From: an uncultured delta proteobacterium
GTDB taxonomy: Bacteria > Myxococcota_A > Polyangia > Haliangiales > Haliangiaceae
Direction: 5' to 3'
Assembly: GCA_963848295.1 (NCBI GenBank)
Contig: CAWKDB010000002.1
Location: 800,001 to 864,000, forward strand
Length of the DNA: 64,000 nucleotides
The translations under genes and the position numbers were made by a program. Shown in pieces: positions 34,741-44,648 of this stretch. The stretch's first letter is position 1, and the number at the start of each line of letters is the position of its first letter. Below the pieces are notes generated by a model. That model made no database searches. It had not been told where the DNA came from and saw only the letters and a program-made list of their open reading frames with translations.

Positions 34741-35858
34741 TACGCCGGGGTCGCGGCGATGACTTCGGTGGCTAGCGCGACGCGGTTACGACCGGCGCGC
34801 TTCGCGGCGTAGAGCGCGGCGTCGGCGGCGCGGACCAGCGTTTCGGCATCGGCGCCATCTTCGGGGAAGGTCGCGACGCCGATCGAGACGGACAGCTTGT
34901 TCGTGCGAGCGCGCGCGGAGGCCGGCGCGCCGGGGTCCGAGAAGTCATGTGCCGCGACGCGCTCGCGGACGCGCTCGGCGACCTTCGCGGCGGTGAACTT
35001 GGCGGTGTCGACGAGGATGACCGCGAACTCCTCGCCGCCATAGCGCGCGACGACGTCATTCGCCCGGCGCGTGTCGCCGAGCACGCGCGACAGCTGGCGC
35101 AGCACCTCGTCGCCGGCGGGGTGGCCGTAGCTGTCGTTGAACTGCTTGAAGAAATCGACATCGAGCATGAGCAACGACAGCGGCAGCCCGCTGCGCTGAC
35201 TGCGCTCGACCTCGAGCGCGATCCGCTCGTGGAAGTGGCGGTGGTTGTACAAGCCGGTCAGGCCGTCGGTGACCGCGAGCTGCGCGAGCCGGGTGTTCGC
35301 CTCGGCGAGCTCGTGCGTGCGCTCGTGGATCTTCGCTTCGAGCTCGCGGTTCATCTCGAGCAACGCCTGATTCTTCGACGACAGCGACGCGATCAGCTGG
35401 CGATTCTCGTTCGCGAGCCGGTACTGGCGGAGCAGGCTCTCGACCGCGAGCAGCAGCGCGGTCTCGTCCCACGGCTTCGCGATGTACTGGTTCAAGTGCG
35501 CGCGGTTGATCGCATCGATCACCGCATCGAGGCCGGCCTGCCCGGTCAACAGGATCTTCGTGGTCGAGGGCAGCCTGCGATCGACGATCTCGAGCAGCTC
35601 GACGCCCTTCATGCCGGGCATGATCTGATCGGCGATCACGATCGCGATCTGCTCGTCGTCGCGCGCGAGCTCGTCGAACAGCGCGACCGCCTCGTCGCCC
35701 GATCGCGCGGTCAAGATCTGGCACTCGTGACCGAACCGCGCTCCGAGCTGGGCGCGCAGCACGCGCAGCACGCCCTCCTCGTCGTCGACGCAGACCACGA
35801 CCTCTTTGCGTGCGACGGCCACTAGCGCGCGCTCACCGGCAAGCGAACCTCGAAGCAC
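34740..35858 (-). CDS. Response regulator diguanylate cyclase (REC-coiled coil-GGDEF); true start probably near 35820
   Basis: CVDDE, IADQIMPGMKG, LLTGQ, KPW; TDGLTGLYN, DVDFFKQFNDSYGH, RAND I-site, RYGGEEF. Confidence 0.94.
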   Translation of the reverse strand: MLRGSLAGERALVAVARKEVVVCVDDEEGVLRVLRAQLGARFGHECQILTARSGDEAVALFDELARDDEQIAIVIADQIMPGMKGVELLEIVDRRLPSTTKILLTGQAGLDAVIDAINRAHLNQYIAKPWDETALLLAVESLLRQYRLANENRQLIASLSSKNQALLEMNRELEAKIHERTHELAEANTRLAQLAVTDGLTGLYNHRHFHERIALEVERSQRSGLPLSLLMLDVDFFKQFNDSYGHPAGDEVLRQLSRVLGDTRRANDVVARYGGEEFAVILVDTAKFTAAKVAERVRERVAAHDFSDPGAPASARARTNKLSVSIGVATFPEDGADAETLVRAADAALYAAKRAGRNRVALATEVIAATPA

Positions 35859-38473
35859 GTCCGGCCCGGGCGCGATTCGCAGCGCAGCTCGCCGCCGTGC
35901 TTCGCGACGATCTGGCGCGCGATGCCCAAGCCGAGGCCGGTGCCTTCGCCTTTCGGCTTGGTCGTGAAGAACGGCTCGAAGATCCGGGGCAGCGCATCCG
36001 CGGGCACGCCCGGTCCGTCATCGATCACGCGCACGACCGCGGCATCACCCTCGAGCGTCGTCTCGATCGCGATCGAGCCCTTCCCCGCGAGCGCCTGCTG
36101 CGCGTTCTGGATCAGATTCGTCCACACCTGGTTGAGCTCGTCGACAAACACCGGCACGTGCGGCAGCGCACCGTAGCGGCGCTCGACGACGATATCACGC
36201 AGCGCGTGATGCAGCAGCGCGAGCGTGGTCTCGAGCCCGTCGTGCAGATCTGCCTCGATCCGGGTCGGCTCCTGGTCGAGGTGCGAGTACGCCTTGAGCG
36301 CACCTACGATGCGCTGGATCTGGCCGATCGCGTGACGCACGGTCGAGGTCGTGCGCTGCAGGTAGACGTGATCGGTGAGCGCGGCGACGACCTTCGGCGC
36401 GAGTGCACGCTCTGGCCCGAGGGCCGCGAGCAGGGCGTTGGCATCGGCGACCGTCGCTCCGAGATCCGCGAGCTCCGAAGCGATCGCCATCGGCTCGGCG
36501 AGCGGAGCGAGCACGCCGGCCAGCTCGCGCGCCGCTTTGCGCGCATCGAGGCCGGACGGCAGCGGGTGCTCGGCGAGCACCGGCGAAGCCGACGCGATGT
36601 AGTCCGCGATCACGCGCGCCTGCGCCGGGTCGTCGGCCGCGTCGGCGAGGTCGCCGCCGTGGCGAGCGACGCGCGCGAGGGACGCGGCGAGGCCGTCGAT
36701 CGACCCGCGGATCGCCGCGGTCGGCGAGTTGACCTCGTGCGCGACGCCGGCGACGAGCAGCCCCAAGCCGGCCATGCGCTCTGACAGCACGAGCTGCGCC
36801 TGGGTCTCGCGCAGGTCGGCGAGCGCCCTGCCGAGCTCGGAGTTGATCGCGGTGAGCTCGGAGGTGCGCAGCCGAACCTTCTTCTCGAGCTCTTCGCTCG
36901 CCCCGCGCACCTCCTGGTAGAGCGCCGCGTTCTCGACCGCAGCCCCGGCTTGATCCGCGAAGGTCGTGAGCAAGTTCAGCTCGGCCTCGGAGAACTCGCG
37001 CGCATCCTCGCCGCGCGCGACCGCGAGCACGCCGACGACGCGCGCCTTGCGATCGAGCGGCAGCGCGACGAGCGGGCCGAGCGCACCCGCGGCGATCGCG
37101 GCCGCGCCGTACACCGGATCATCCGCCGCATGCTGGAGTCGCAGCGGCTCGCGCCGGTCTAGCACGTGCTGGGCGATCGGGCGCAACGCATCGGCCACCG
37201 CGAGCGCTTCATCGGCGGCGAGCGCGGTCGAGACGTCGGCGCGCCGAGCGCGAGCCGCCGACGCACGCAACTGGCCGAGCTCGACGAGCCACAACGCGAC
37301 GACCCGAACATCGAACGTGCGTGCGACCGCATCGACGATCTTGCGCGACACCTGATCGAGATCGATGACCGACGACACCGCGCGACCCGCGTCGTGCAAC
37401 GCCACGATCTCGCGCATGCGAGCCGCGAGCCGCGCCTGGTTATCCTTCAGCGTCGACGTCATCTGATTGAACGCGGTCGCGAGGTCAGTGAGCTCGTCAC
37501 CGCCGGGAATGTCGATCCGATGATCGAGATCGCCGCGCGACACCGCCGTCGCACCGCGGTGCAGCCGGGCGATCGGCGCGCCGAGTCGCCGCGACCAGAT
37601 CAACGCCAGGCCGAGCGCGAACGCGATCGCCGCGGCGCCGCCGATCGCGAGCGAGCGGACCGCGAGCGCCTTCGTCGCATCGAGCGAGCTGCGATCGACC
37701 GCGACCGCGACGATGCCGACCGGGGTGCTGCGGTGATCGAGCAACGCGGTCGCCGCGAGCGCGTAGCGTCCGGTCACGGTCGAGATCGGGTGGATCACGC
37801 GCTGCCCGCGCAGCACCGTCGCGACGTCCGCTTGCGGGAGCACCAGCGCATCGGCGCGCCGGCCGAGGTTCGAGCGAAACGTCACCGCGAGCTGGCCGCT
37901 GACACCGCCGATCAGGACATCCGCGGACAGCGCGCCTTTGATGCCGTCGGCGAACTCGCCGTCGAGTGGAGTCGACAACACCGCGATGCCGCGCAGCGCG
38001 AGCTGGCTGTCGACGATCGGCGATACCGCGCGGACGACGACGCGATCGCCGACCGCGACGAACTTCACGTCGCGCCCCCAGTTCTGCGCCGACGCGACCT
38101 CGGGATCGCCGGGTGGGGCAGCGAGGCCCTCGAACCGCGCGTCGTTGCCGCCGATCACGCGATCGAACAACGGCTGGCCGTTCGCGTCGAGCATCTGCAG
38201 CCGCGCCGATGGCGCGTGGACCGACGCGTGGGCGAACCAGGCGTCGAGCGCGGGCTCGCCGCCGCCGAGCGCCGCGACGAGATCGCTGCTCTCCGATAGC
38301 TGGACGGTCTCGTCGCCGATGCGTTCGACCGCGCGCAGGATCAAGTTGAGCCCGACCGTGAGCTGGCGATCGGCGTCGTCGCGCAGCCGAGTCTCGAGGC
38401 TCGACAAGATCACGCCGGTCGCGATCGACGCGACGATCCCGACCGGCACGAGCGCGGCGAACCCGATCGCCAA
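35822..38473 (-). CDS. Membrane sensor histidine kinase (periplasmic domain, HAMP, GAF, HisKA, HATPase); start may be ~38549 if one indel is present
   Basis: Two TM helices, DELTDLATAFNQM HAMP, AVENAALY GAF end, GVAHEVNSP, NLIQNA, DDGPG, GTGLGL. Confidence 0.92.
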   Translation of the reverse strand: MAIGFAALVPVGIVASIATGVILSSLETRLRDDADRQLTVGLNLILRAVERIGDETVQLSESSDLVAALGGGEPALDAWFAHASVHAPSARLQMLDANGQPLFDRVIGGNDARFEGLAAPPGDPEVASAQNWGRDVKFVAVGDRVVVRAVSPIVDSQLALRGIAVLSTPLDGEFADGIKGALSADVLIGGVSGQLAVTFRSNLGRRADALVLPQADVATVLRGQRVIHPISTVTGRYALAATALLDHRSTPVGIVAVAVDRSSLDATKALAVRSLAIGGAAAIAFALGLALIWSRRLGAPIARLHRGATAVSRGDLDHRIDIPGGDELTDLATAFNQMTSTLKDNQARLAARMREIVALHDAGRAVSSVIDLDQVSRKIVDAVARTFDVRVVALWLVELGQLRASAARARRADVSTALAADEALAVADALRPIAQHVLDRREPLRLQHAADDPVYGAAAIAAGALGPLVALPLDRKARVVGVLAVARGEDAREFSEAELNLLTTFADQAGAAVENAALYQEVRGASEELEKKVRLRTSELTAINSELGRALADLRETQAQLVLSERMAGLGLLVAGVAHEVNSPTAAIRGSIDGLAASLARVARHGGDLADAADDPAQARVIADYIASASPVLAEHPLPSGLDARKAARELAGVLAPLAEPMAIASELADLGATVADANALLAALGPERALAPKVVAALTDHVYLQRTTSTVRHAIGQIQRIVGALKAYSHLDQEPTRIEADLHDGLETTLALLHHALRDIVVERRYGALPHVPVFVDELNQVWTNLIQNAQQALAGKGSIAIETTLEGDAAVVRVIDDGPGVPADALPRIFEPFFTTKPKGEGTGLGLGIARQIVAKHGGELRCESRPGRTCFEVRLPVSAR

Positions 38474-38545
38474 GATCAGCTTCGTGCGTAACCGCAGCCG
38501 GCAACAGGCGGCGCCCGAGCTCGGAGCGACGGGCCTGCGCCTCGC

Positions 38546-40126
38546 TCACCGCGCCTCCACCCGCCGGATCAACGAGTAGACCGGATGCCCGGTTGGCGAC
38601 AACACGACATCGGTCAGCTCGGCACGGCCGGCGACGACGAGCTCGCTGTGCGCGATCGGCACCCACGGCGCGTCGGTCGCGAGCTGATCCTGGACCGCGG
38701 CGTACAACCCCTTGCGCGTCGGCTGATCGGCGGCGGCTTGCGCATCGAGCAGCATGCGATCGACGAGCGGATCGCGATAGAACGCGACGTTCTGCGCCGA
38801 GCCAGCGACCGCGTTGTCGGAATCGAACAACACGTAGAGAAAGTTGTCGGGATCGCCGGTGTCCGCGATCCATCCGAACACGCACAGGTCGTCCTCGCCG
38901 GCTTCGCACGACGCGCGGTGTCGCGCGTAGGGCTGGAGCACGAGCTCGGTATGGATCCCCGCTTGCTCGAGTCCAGCCTGGATGAACCGCGCGACGCGCT
39001 CCGGCTGCGGCAGATACAAACGCGGCGTCGACGGCGCGTAGAGCTTGTACGTCGCCTTCGGATCGAACGCGTGATCGGCGGCCGCTTGCGCGAGCAACCG
39101 GCGCGCCGCGATCGGATCGTAGGTGTAGCGCGCGGCCGACTCGTGGTAGGCCCAGTCGGTCGGCGGCAGCGGCCCGTCCGCCGCGATCGCGCGGCCCTGG
39201 TACGCGAGCTTGACGATCGGTTCTTTGTTGATCGCGAAGTTCGCCGCTCGGCGCACGCGCACGTCGTCGAACGGCGGATGCCGCGTATTGAGCGCGAGGT
39301 ACGTGACGTCGTTGCCCGCGGTGTGGTGCAACACGAGATCGGGGTGGAGCTCGACGAACGGTTGCTCGTCCGGCAAGATCGCGGTCGCGAGATCGACCGA
39401 GCCCGACTCGAGATCGATCAGCCGCTGGCGTGCATCGACGACGACCTGGAACACGACGCGCTCGAGCCACGGCCGCGGGCCCCAATAGCCGTCGAACCGA
39501 TGGACCACGACACTCTCGCCCCGATTCCACGCCTCGAGCTCGAACGCGCCGGTGCCGACCGGATGGAGCGCGAAGTCATCACCCCACGTCGCGACCGCAG
39601 CCGGCGACACGATCGGAAACAGCGCGAGCTCGCCGAGCAGCGGCGCATAGGGCCGATTGACATGGATCTCGACCGTCGTCGGGCCGGCCGCGGCGACCTG
39701 GACGATGTCCTTCAATAGCGAACGCCAGTAGGCGCCGGCGCTGCCGAGGTACTGCGGATGCTTCGGATCGAGCAGCCGCTCGAACGAGAACACGACGGCA
39801 TCGGCGGTGAGCGGCGTGTGGTCGTGGAACATCACGTTCGCCCGCAGCTGGAACGTCCACGTCTTGCCGTCGCTCGAGATCTGCCAGCTCGTCGCGAGCC
39901 GTGGCTCGATCTCGGTGGTCCCGGGCTTCCATCCGACGAGCCCTTCGAACAGCAACTCGCCGACCTCGATCGACTCGCTGTCGGTGACGCGCGCGGGATC
40001 GAGCGCGATGACATCGGCGGCCTTCGCGACGATCAGCGTGCCCGGGTCCCGCTGCGTCCGCCAATTCGCGCGGGCAGCGTCGCAGCCCAACGCCGCGATC
40101 AGACCGAGCCCCACGAGAGCGCGCAC
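38546..40126 (-). CDS. ABC-type solute-binding protein, family 5 (DppA-like)
   Basis: LDPA, EPRLATSW, FHD.TPLTADAVVFSFER, PVGTGAF, FDDVRVRRA; no permease adjacent. Confidence 0.92.
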   Translation of the reverse strand: MRALVGLGLIAALGCDAARANWRTQRDPGTLIVAKAADVIALDPARVTDSESIEVGELLFEGLVGWKPGTTEIEPRLATSWQISSDGKTWTFQLRANVMFHDHTPLTADAVVFSFERLLDPKHPQYLGSAGAYWRSLLKDIVQVAAAGPTTVEIHVNRPYAPLLGELALFPIVSPAAVATWGDDFALHPVGTGAFELEAWNRGESVVVHRFDGYWGPRPWLERVVFQVVVDARQRLIDLESGSVDLATAILPDEQPFVELHPDLVLHHTAGNDVTYLALNTRHPPFDDVRVRRAANFAINKEPIVKLAYQGRAIAADGPLPPTDWAYHESAARYTYDPIAARRLLAQAAADHAFDPKATYKLYAPSTPRLYLPQPERVARFIQAGLEQAGIHTELVLQPYARHRASCEAGEDDLCVFGWIADTGDPDNFLYVLFDSDNAVAGSAQNVAFYRDPLVDRMLLDAQAAADQPTRKGLYAAVQDQLATDAPWVPIAHSELVVAGRAELTDVVLSPTGHPVYSLIRRVEAR

Positions 40127-40135
40127 GGCTTACGC

Positions 40136-40215
40136 TAGCACGCGGTATCTGCGCGATGACCGCGTGCTAACGGTCCATGGGGTCGATTGACTCTCGGCTT
40201 TCGCTGACTTAGCGT
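40136..40215. promoter_or_regulatory. Divergent control region: inverted repeat (40136-40169) and sigma70-like promoter for the TRAP operon
   Basis: TAGCACGCGGT-N12-ACCGCGTGCTA; TTGACT (40187-92), 17 nt, TAGCGT (40210-15). Confidence 0.6.
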
Positions 40216-40283
40216 CCCCCCATCGCGGATGTCGTCGCGATGAATCGCTACGTACGCACTACGTCTCAAGGGAGCCGCCCGAC

Positions 40284-41213
40284 ATGCAGCATCGCCTCGC
40301 CGTCTTCTCCGCAACGCTCGCGCTCGCCTTGGTCACGACCGGATGCGACATCGGCAAGATCACGGTCAACACGACCGCGAAGGTGCTGTTGCGCGCTCAG
40401 CCGTCGCTCCAGATGGAGTCCGATTACCAGCTCGCGCACGACGCGATCCCGGGCGCGCTCAAGACGGTCGAAGGATTCTGGGTCGTCTCCCCGGATAACG
40501 ACAACCTCATCCACATCCTCACCGAGGGCTATTGCCAGTACGGCACGGCGTTCGTCGACGACGACTGGGAGGCCGCGAAGTTCGCGAAGGACCTTGACCA
40601 GGTCGACTACCACAACGCGCGCGCGACGCAGATCTACACGCGCTGCCTCAACTACGCGCTCAAGTCACTGGGCTCGCGCTGGCAGAAAGAGCTGTTCGGC
40701 ACGTCGGACGTCGTAGCGAAGCTGATCAGCGACACCGGCGAGGACGACCGAACGCCGATGATGTGGGCCGCGCTCGCGCTCGGCTCGATCGTCAACCACA
40801 ACTTGAGCCGGCCGGAGATCCTCGCCTACTTACCGACCGTACAGCTGATGCTGAATCGGGTCGTGGCGCTCGACGCGAAGGATCCGCCGAGCGACGCCCA
40901 GCTAGCGGCGCTGCCGCACCTCGCGCTCGGCATGATCTTTTCGGCCGCGAGCCAGCAGTTCGGCGGCGATCCGAAGCGCGCGACCGAAGAGTTCCAGACC
41001 GCGCTCAAGCTCACCGGCGACAAGATGCTGCTCGCCCGCACGCTGTGGGGGTACAAGGTCGGGCTGCAGACCAACGACCGCAAGCTGTTCCACGAACAGC
41101 TCGTCAAGGTGCTCGAGACTCCCGGCTCGATCTGGCCGGAGCAACGTCTCGCGAATGAAGTCGCCCACCGTCGGGCACGCCGGTACCTCTCGCACGAGAA
41201 GGAGCTCTTCTGA
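40284..41213 (+). CDS. TRAP transporter TatT-family lipoprotein
   Basis: Lipobox TTGC, helical protein ending EQRLANEVAHRRARRYL, directly upstream of dctP. Confidence 0.8.
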   Translation: MQHRLAVFSATLALALVTTGCDIGKITVNTTAKVLLRAQPSLQMESDYQLAHDAIPGALKTVEGFWVVSPDNDNLIHILTEGYCQYGTAFVDDDWEAAKFAKDLDQVDYHNARATQIYTRCLNYALKSLGSRWQKELFGTSDVVAKLISDTGEDDRTPMMWAALALGSIVNHNLSRPEILAYLPTVQLMLNRVVALDAKDPPSDAQLAALPHLALGMIFSAASQQFGGDPKRATEEFQTALKLTGDKMLLARTLWGYKVGLQTNDRKLFHEQLVKVLETPGSIWPEQRLANEVAHRRARRYLSHEKELF

Positions 41214-42220
41214 TGATCAAGCCTACCCTAGTCACGCTCACCGCGGCCCTGGCACTCGCGTCGGTTCGTCCGGCGCACGCGGATGGGATCGAGCTTCGCA
41301 TCGCGAGCCTCGCGCCCGAGAACAGCCCGTGGATGGACGTCCTCGATAAGGCGGCCGCCGAGATCAAAGACAAGACCAACGGGCGCGTCACGTTCAGGTA
41401 TTACCCGGGCGGCCAGCAGGGCGACGAGCGTGACTTCGTCAAGAAGATCAACCTCGGCCAGCTCGACGGCGCCGCGGTCACCGCGGTCGGTCTCGCGATG
41501 ATCGACGAGTCGATCCGCGTGCTCGAGCTGCCGATGATGTTCAAGAGCGTCGACGAGCTCGACTATGTCGCCGACAAGATGTGGCCCTACTTCCAGAAGA
41601 AGTTCGAAAAGAAAGGCTTCCGGCTCAACGATCGCGGCGAGGTCGGCTGGGTCTACTTCATGTCGAAGAACAAGATCGAGTCGATCAACGACTTGAAGGG
41701 CCAGAAGCTGTGGCTGTGGGGCGACGACCGCCTCGTCACGGCGATGTTCAAGAAGCTGAACCTCAACGGCGTACCGCTCGGCGTGCCCGAGGTCGACGCC
41801 GGCCTCACCACCGGCCGCATCAACGCGTGCTACGGCTCGCCCGTCGCGGCGGTCGCGCTGCAGTGGTACACGAAGATCAAATACATGACGTCGATGCCGA
41901 TGAGCTTCGCGATCGGCGCGACCGTGATCTCGCTCAAGTCGTATCAGAAGCTGTCACCCGAGGACGCCAAGACCGTCGAAGCGATCGGCGCGTCGTCGAG
42001 CCGCAGGCTGCGCAGGACGATCCGCAAGGCGAACGAGGACTCGAAGGACACGATGACGCGCAAGGGCGTGACCGTCGTGCAGACGCCGGTCGCGATGGTC
42101 GACGAGTTCACGAAGGCCTCGCAACAAGCCTGGAAGGAACTGGTCGGCAAGGTGTACTCGCAGGAAGAGCTCGACATGGTGCTCAAGTATCGCGACGAGT
42201 ACCGCGCGAAGCACAATTAG
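41213..42220 (+). CDS. dctP: TRAP substrate-binding protein DctP (TatP type)
   Basis: IASLAPENSPW, YYPGGQQGDE, GQLDGA, LELPMMF, DLKGQKLW. Confidence 0.92.
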   Translation: MIKPTLVTLTAALALASVRPAHADGIELRIASLAPENSPWMDVLDKAAAEIKDKTNGRVTFRYYPGGQQGDERDFVKKINLGQLDGAAVTAVGLAMIDESIRVLELPMMFKSVDELDYVADKMWPYFQKKFEKKGFRLNDRGEVGWVYFMSKNKIESINDLKGQKLWLWGDDRLVTAMFKKLNLNGVPLGVPEVDAGLTTGRINACYGSPVAAVALQWYTKIKYMTSMPMSFAIGATVISLKSYQKLSPEDAKTVEAIGASSSRRLRRTIRKANEDSKDTMTRKGVTVVQTPVAMVDEFTKASQQAWKELVGKVYSQEELDMVLKYRDEYRAKHN

Positions 42221-42246
42221 CCTTCAAGTCGGTCTACCATCGGCCA

Positions 42247-42861
42247 GTGCAAGAGCCACCGGACGAACCAGCGGCGAGGGCGAGCCAGGTAAGCCTCGAC
42301 GCCCCTGACCTCTATCCCGACGATGGGCCGTTCGCGACCCGGCTGCGCAAGCTCAACAGCGCGCTCGGCTTGTTCGAGCAAGCGGTGCTCGCCGCGTTGC
42401 TCGCGACGATCGTCCTCACCGAGGGTGGGTCGGCGATTCAATCGCTGATCACCGGACGTGGCTTCGAGATGTGGCACAACAACCTGGTCCGCGCGTGCAC
42501 CGTCGCGATCGCGATGTTCGGCGCGGCGATGGCGAGCGCCCAGCAGCGTCACCTGTCGATGGATCTGGTGTCGCGCCGGCTCGCGCCGCGCGCGCGGTTA
42601 TTCCTGCGCGTCGGCCTGCTCGCGTTCACGATCGCGCTCGCCGGCCTGCTCGCGAGAGCCGCGCTCAACCAGCACGGCACCGATGACATGCCGGCCGACG
42701 CGTCGTGGCTCGGCATGCTGACCGCTCTACCGACGGTCGATATCGTCGTGATGCTCGGCGCGCTGCTCATCGTCGCGCACAGCGCGATTCAGCTCGCGAT
42801 CGATGTCGACTACATCGCGCGCCACAAGCTTCCGCCCGAGCGGATGAGGTCGGGGCACTGA
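42247..42861 (+). CDS. dctQ: TRAP small permease DctQ
   Basis: Four TM helices, FGAAMASAQQRHLSMDLVSR. GTG start inferred. Confidence 0.82.
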   Translation: MQEPPDEPAARASQVSLDAPDLYPDDGPFATRLRKLNSALGLFEQAVLAALLATIVLTEGGSAIQSLITGRGFEMWHNNLVRACTVAIAMFGAAMASAQQRHLSMDLVSRRLAPRARLFLRVGLLAFTIALAGLLARAALNQHGTDDMPADASWLGMLTALPTVDIVVMLGALLIVAHSAIQLAIDVDYIARHKLPPERMRSGH

Positions 42862-44648
42862 TGACCACGATCCTGATCATCCTGCTCATCCTGTGCTTCA
42901 TCAGCGGCGCGCCGCTGTTCGCGATCATGCTCGGCGCGCTCGGCCTGGGCTCGGCGGTGTCGGGGCGCGGGTTCGACGTCGGGTTCAACGGTGGCGTCAG
43001 CGATCTGATCTCGATGGGCCTGGGCAACCAGGGCGAGACCCTCGCGACGATCCCGATGTTCATCTACGCCGGGTACCTGCTCGCCGAGGCCAAGACCGCC
43101 GATCGCCTGGTGCGGTTCGCGAACGCCGCGCTCGGCTGGCTGCCCGGCGGGCTCGCGATCGTGACGATCATGACGTGCGCGCTGTTCACCGTGTTCACCG
43201 GTGCGTCGGGCGTGACGATCATCGCGCTCGGCGGCGTACTCATGCCGGCGCTGGTCAAGCACGGCTACCCCGAGCGGTTCTCGATGGGCCTGATCGCGGG
43301 CACCGGCTCGGTCGGCCTGCTGTTCCCGCCCGCGCTACCGCTGTTCATCTACGGCGCGGTCTACGGCCTGCAGCAGCTCGACAAGGACTGGGACACCCAG
43401 CGGTTCCTGTTCGCCGGGATCGTGCCCGGGCTCGTGCTGATCGGCATGCTGTCGGCGGTCGCGATGGCCGTCGCGATCATCAAGAAGCTCCCGACGCAGA
43501 AGTTCGACCTCGGCGAGCTCGGTCACAGCTTCGTCAAGGCGCTGCCCGAGCTGTTCATCCCGTTCGGGGTGTTGCTCGGCATGAAGAGCGGCATCCTGCC
43601 GGCCGAGATGGCGGCGATGACCGTGATCTACGTCGTCGTGCTCGAGATCGGGATCTACCGGATGCTCAAGCCGAAGATGCTGTGGACGACCTCGCGCGAG
43701 GCGATGGCGATGGTCGGCGCGATCTTCATCATCATGTTCTGCGCGACCGCGTTCACGAACTACCTCGTGACCCAGGGCGTGCCGCAGAAGCTCGTCGCGT
43801 GGACGCAAGCGCACGTCGGCTCGCGCCTGGTGTTCTTGCTCGCGCTGAACGTGATCCTGCTGATCGTCGGCACGGTGATGGACATCTTCTCGGCGATCGT
43901 GATCGTGCTGCCGCTGATCGCGCGCACCGCACAGGCGTACGGCATCGACCCGTACCACCTCGGCGTGATCTTCCTGCTCAACCTCGAGGTCGGTTATCTC
44001 CACCCGCCGGTCGGGCTCAACCTGTTCATCACGAGCGTGAAGTTCCAGCGACCGATCACCGAGGTGATGTGGGCGACGATCCCGTTCCTGATCACGATGA
44101 TCGTCGCGCTTCTGACGATCACCTATATCCCGCAGCTCACGGTGGTCCCGGCCGCCGAGGTGCGCGGGCTCGCCGACACCGCTGCCGTGCCGGAGGTCGC
44201 GCTCGTGGCCTTCGATGGCACACCGCTCAAGGACAACGCCGGCAAGCCGCTGGTCGTGAAGAAGACCGACTGCGACACGCTCCAATCCGACAAGAAGGAC
44301 GCGTGCGCGAACGTGTTCTTCTACGCCGCGCAGTGCAAGACCGATCCGAAGCCGGACGTATGCTTGCATCGCAAGATCGCGAGCTATGCGAAGCGCAACA
44401 TGCAACTCGTGCTGCAGCCCGAGATCGCGCTGATCGACGACGACAAGAACCCGGTCAAGGACTCGAGCGGGGCGCCGAGCGTCAAGAAGTTCGCCGACTG
44501 CGGCAAGGAGGCCGACAAGGACGCGCAAGACGCCTGCCGCGGGCTGTTCTACGACGTCTCCGGTTGCAAGATCGATCCCGGCGATACCACGACCGAGAAG
44601 TGCATCTTCAATGTCGTCAGCAAGTACGCGCGCGATAATCCCCCTTGA
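42861..44648 (+). CDS. dctM: TRAP large permease DctM with a duplicated Cys-rich C-terminal extension
   Basis: TIPMFIYAGYLL, FTGASGVTIIALGG, GSVGLLFPP, GIDPYHLG, GYLHPPVGLNLF, then about 155 aa of soluble tail. Confidence 0.92.
   Translation: MTTILIILLILCFISGAPLFAIMLGALGLGSAVSGRGFDVGFNGGVSDLISMGLGNQGETLATIPMFIYAGYLLAEAKTADRLVRFANAALGWLPGGLAIVTIMTCALFTVFTGASGVTIIALGGVLMPALVKHGYPERFSMGLIAGTGSVGLLFPPALPLFIYGAVYGLQQLDKDWDTQRFLFAGIVPGLVLIGMLSAVAMAVAIIKKLPTQKFDLGELGHSFVKALPELFIPFGVLLGMKSGILPAEMAAMTVIYVVVLEIGIYRMLKPKMLWTTSREAMAMVGAIFIIMFCATAFTNYLVTQGVPQKLVAWTQAHVGSRLVFLLALNVILLIVGTVMDIFSAIVIVLPLIARTAQAYGIDPYHLGVIFLLNLEVGYLHPPVGLNLFITSVKFQRPITEVMWATIPFLITMIVALLTITYIPQLTVVPAAEVRGLADTAAVPEVALVAFDGTPLKDNAGKPLVVKKTDCDTLQSDKKDACANVFFYAAQCKTDPKPDVCLHRKIASYAKRNMQLVLQPEIALIDDDKNPVKDSSGAPSVKKFADCGKEADKDAQDACRGLFYDVSGCKIDPGDTTTEKCIFNVVSKYARDNPP

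Noticed and set aside
40136..40169. CIRCE element
   Set aside because: Half-sites resemble TTAGCACTC/GAGTGCTAA but spacing and inner bases are wrong, and it is not at the chaperone operon. No CIRCE was seen upstream of hemW/hrcA.
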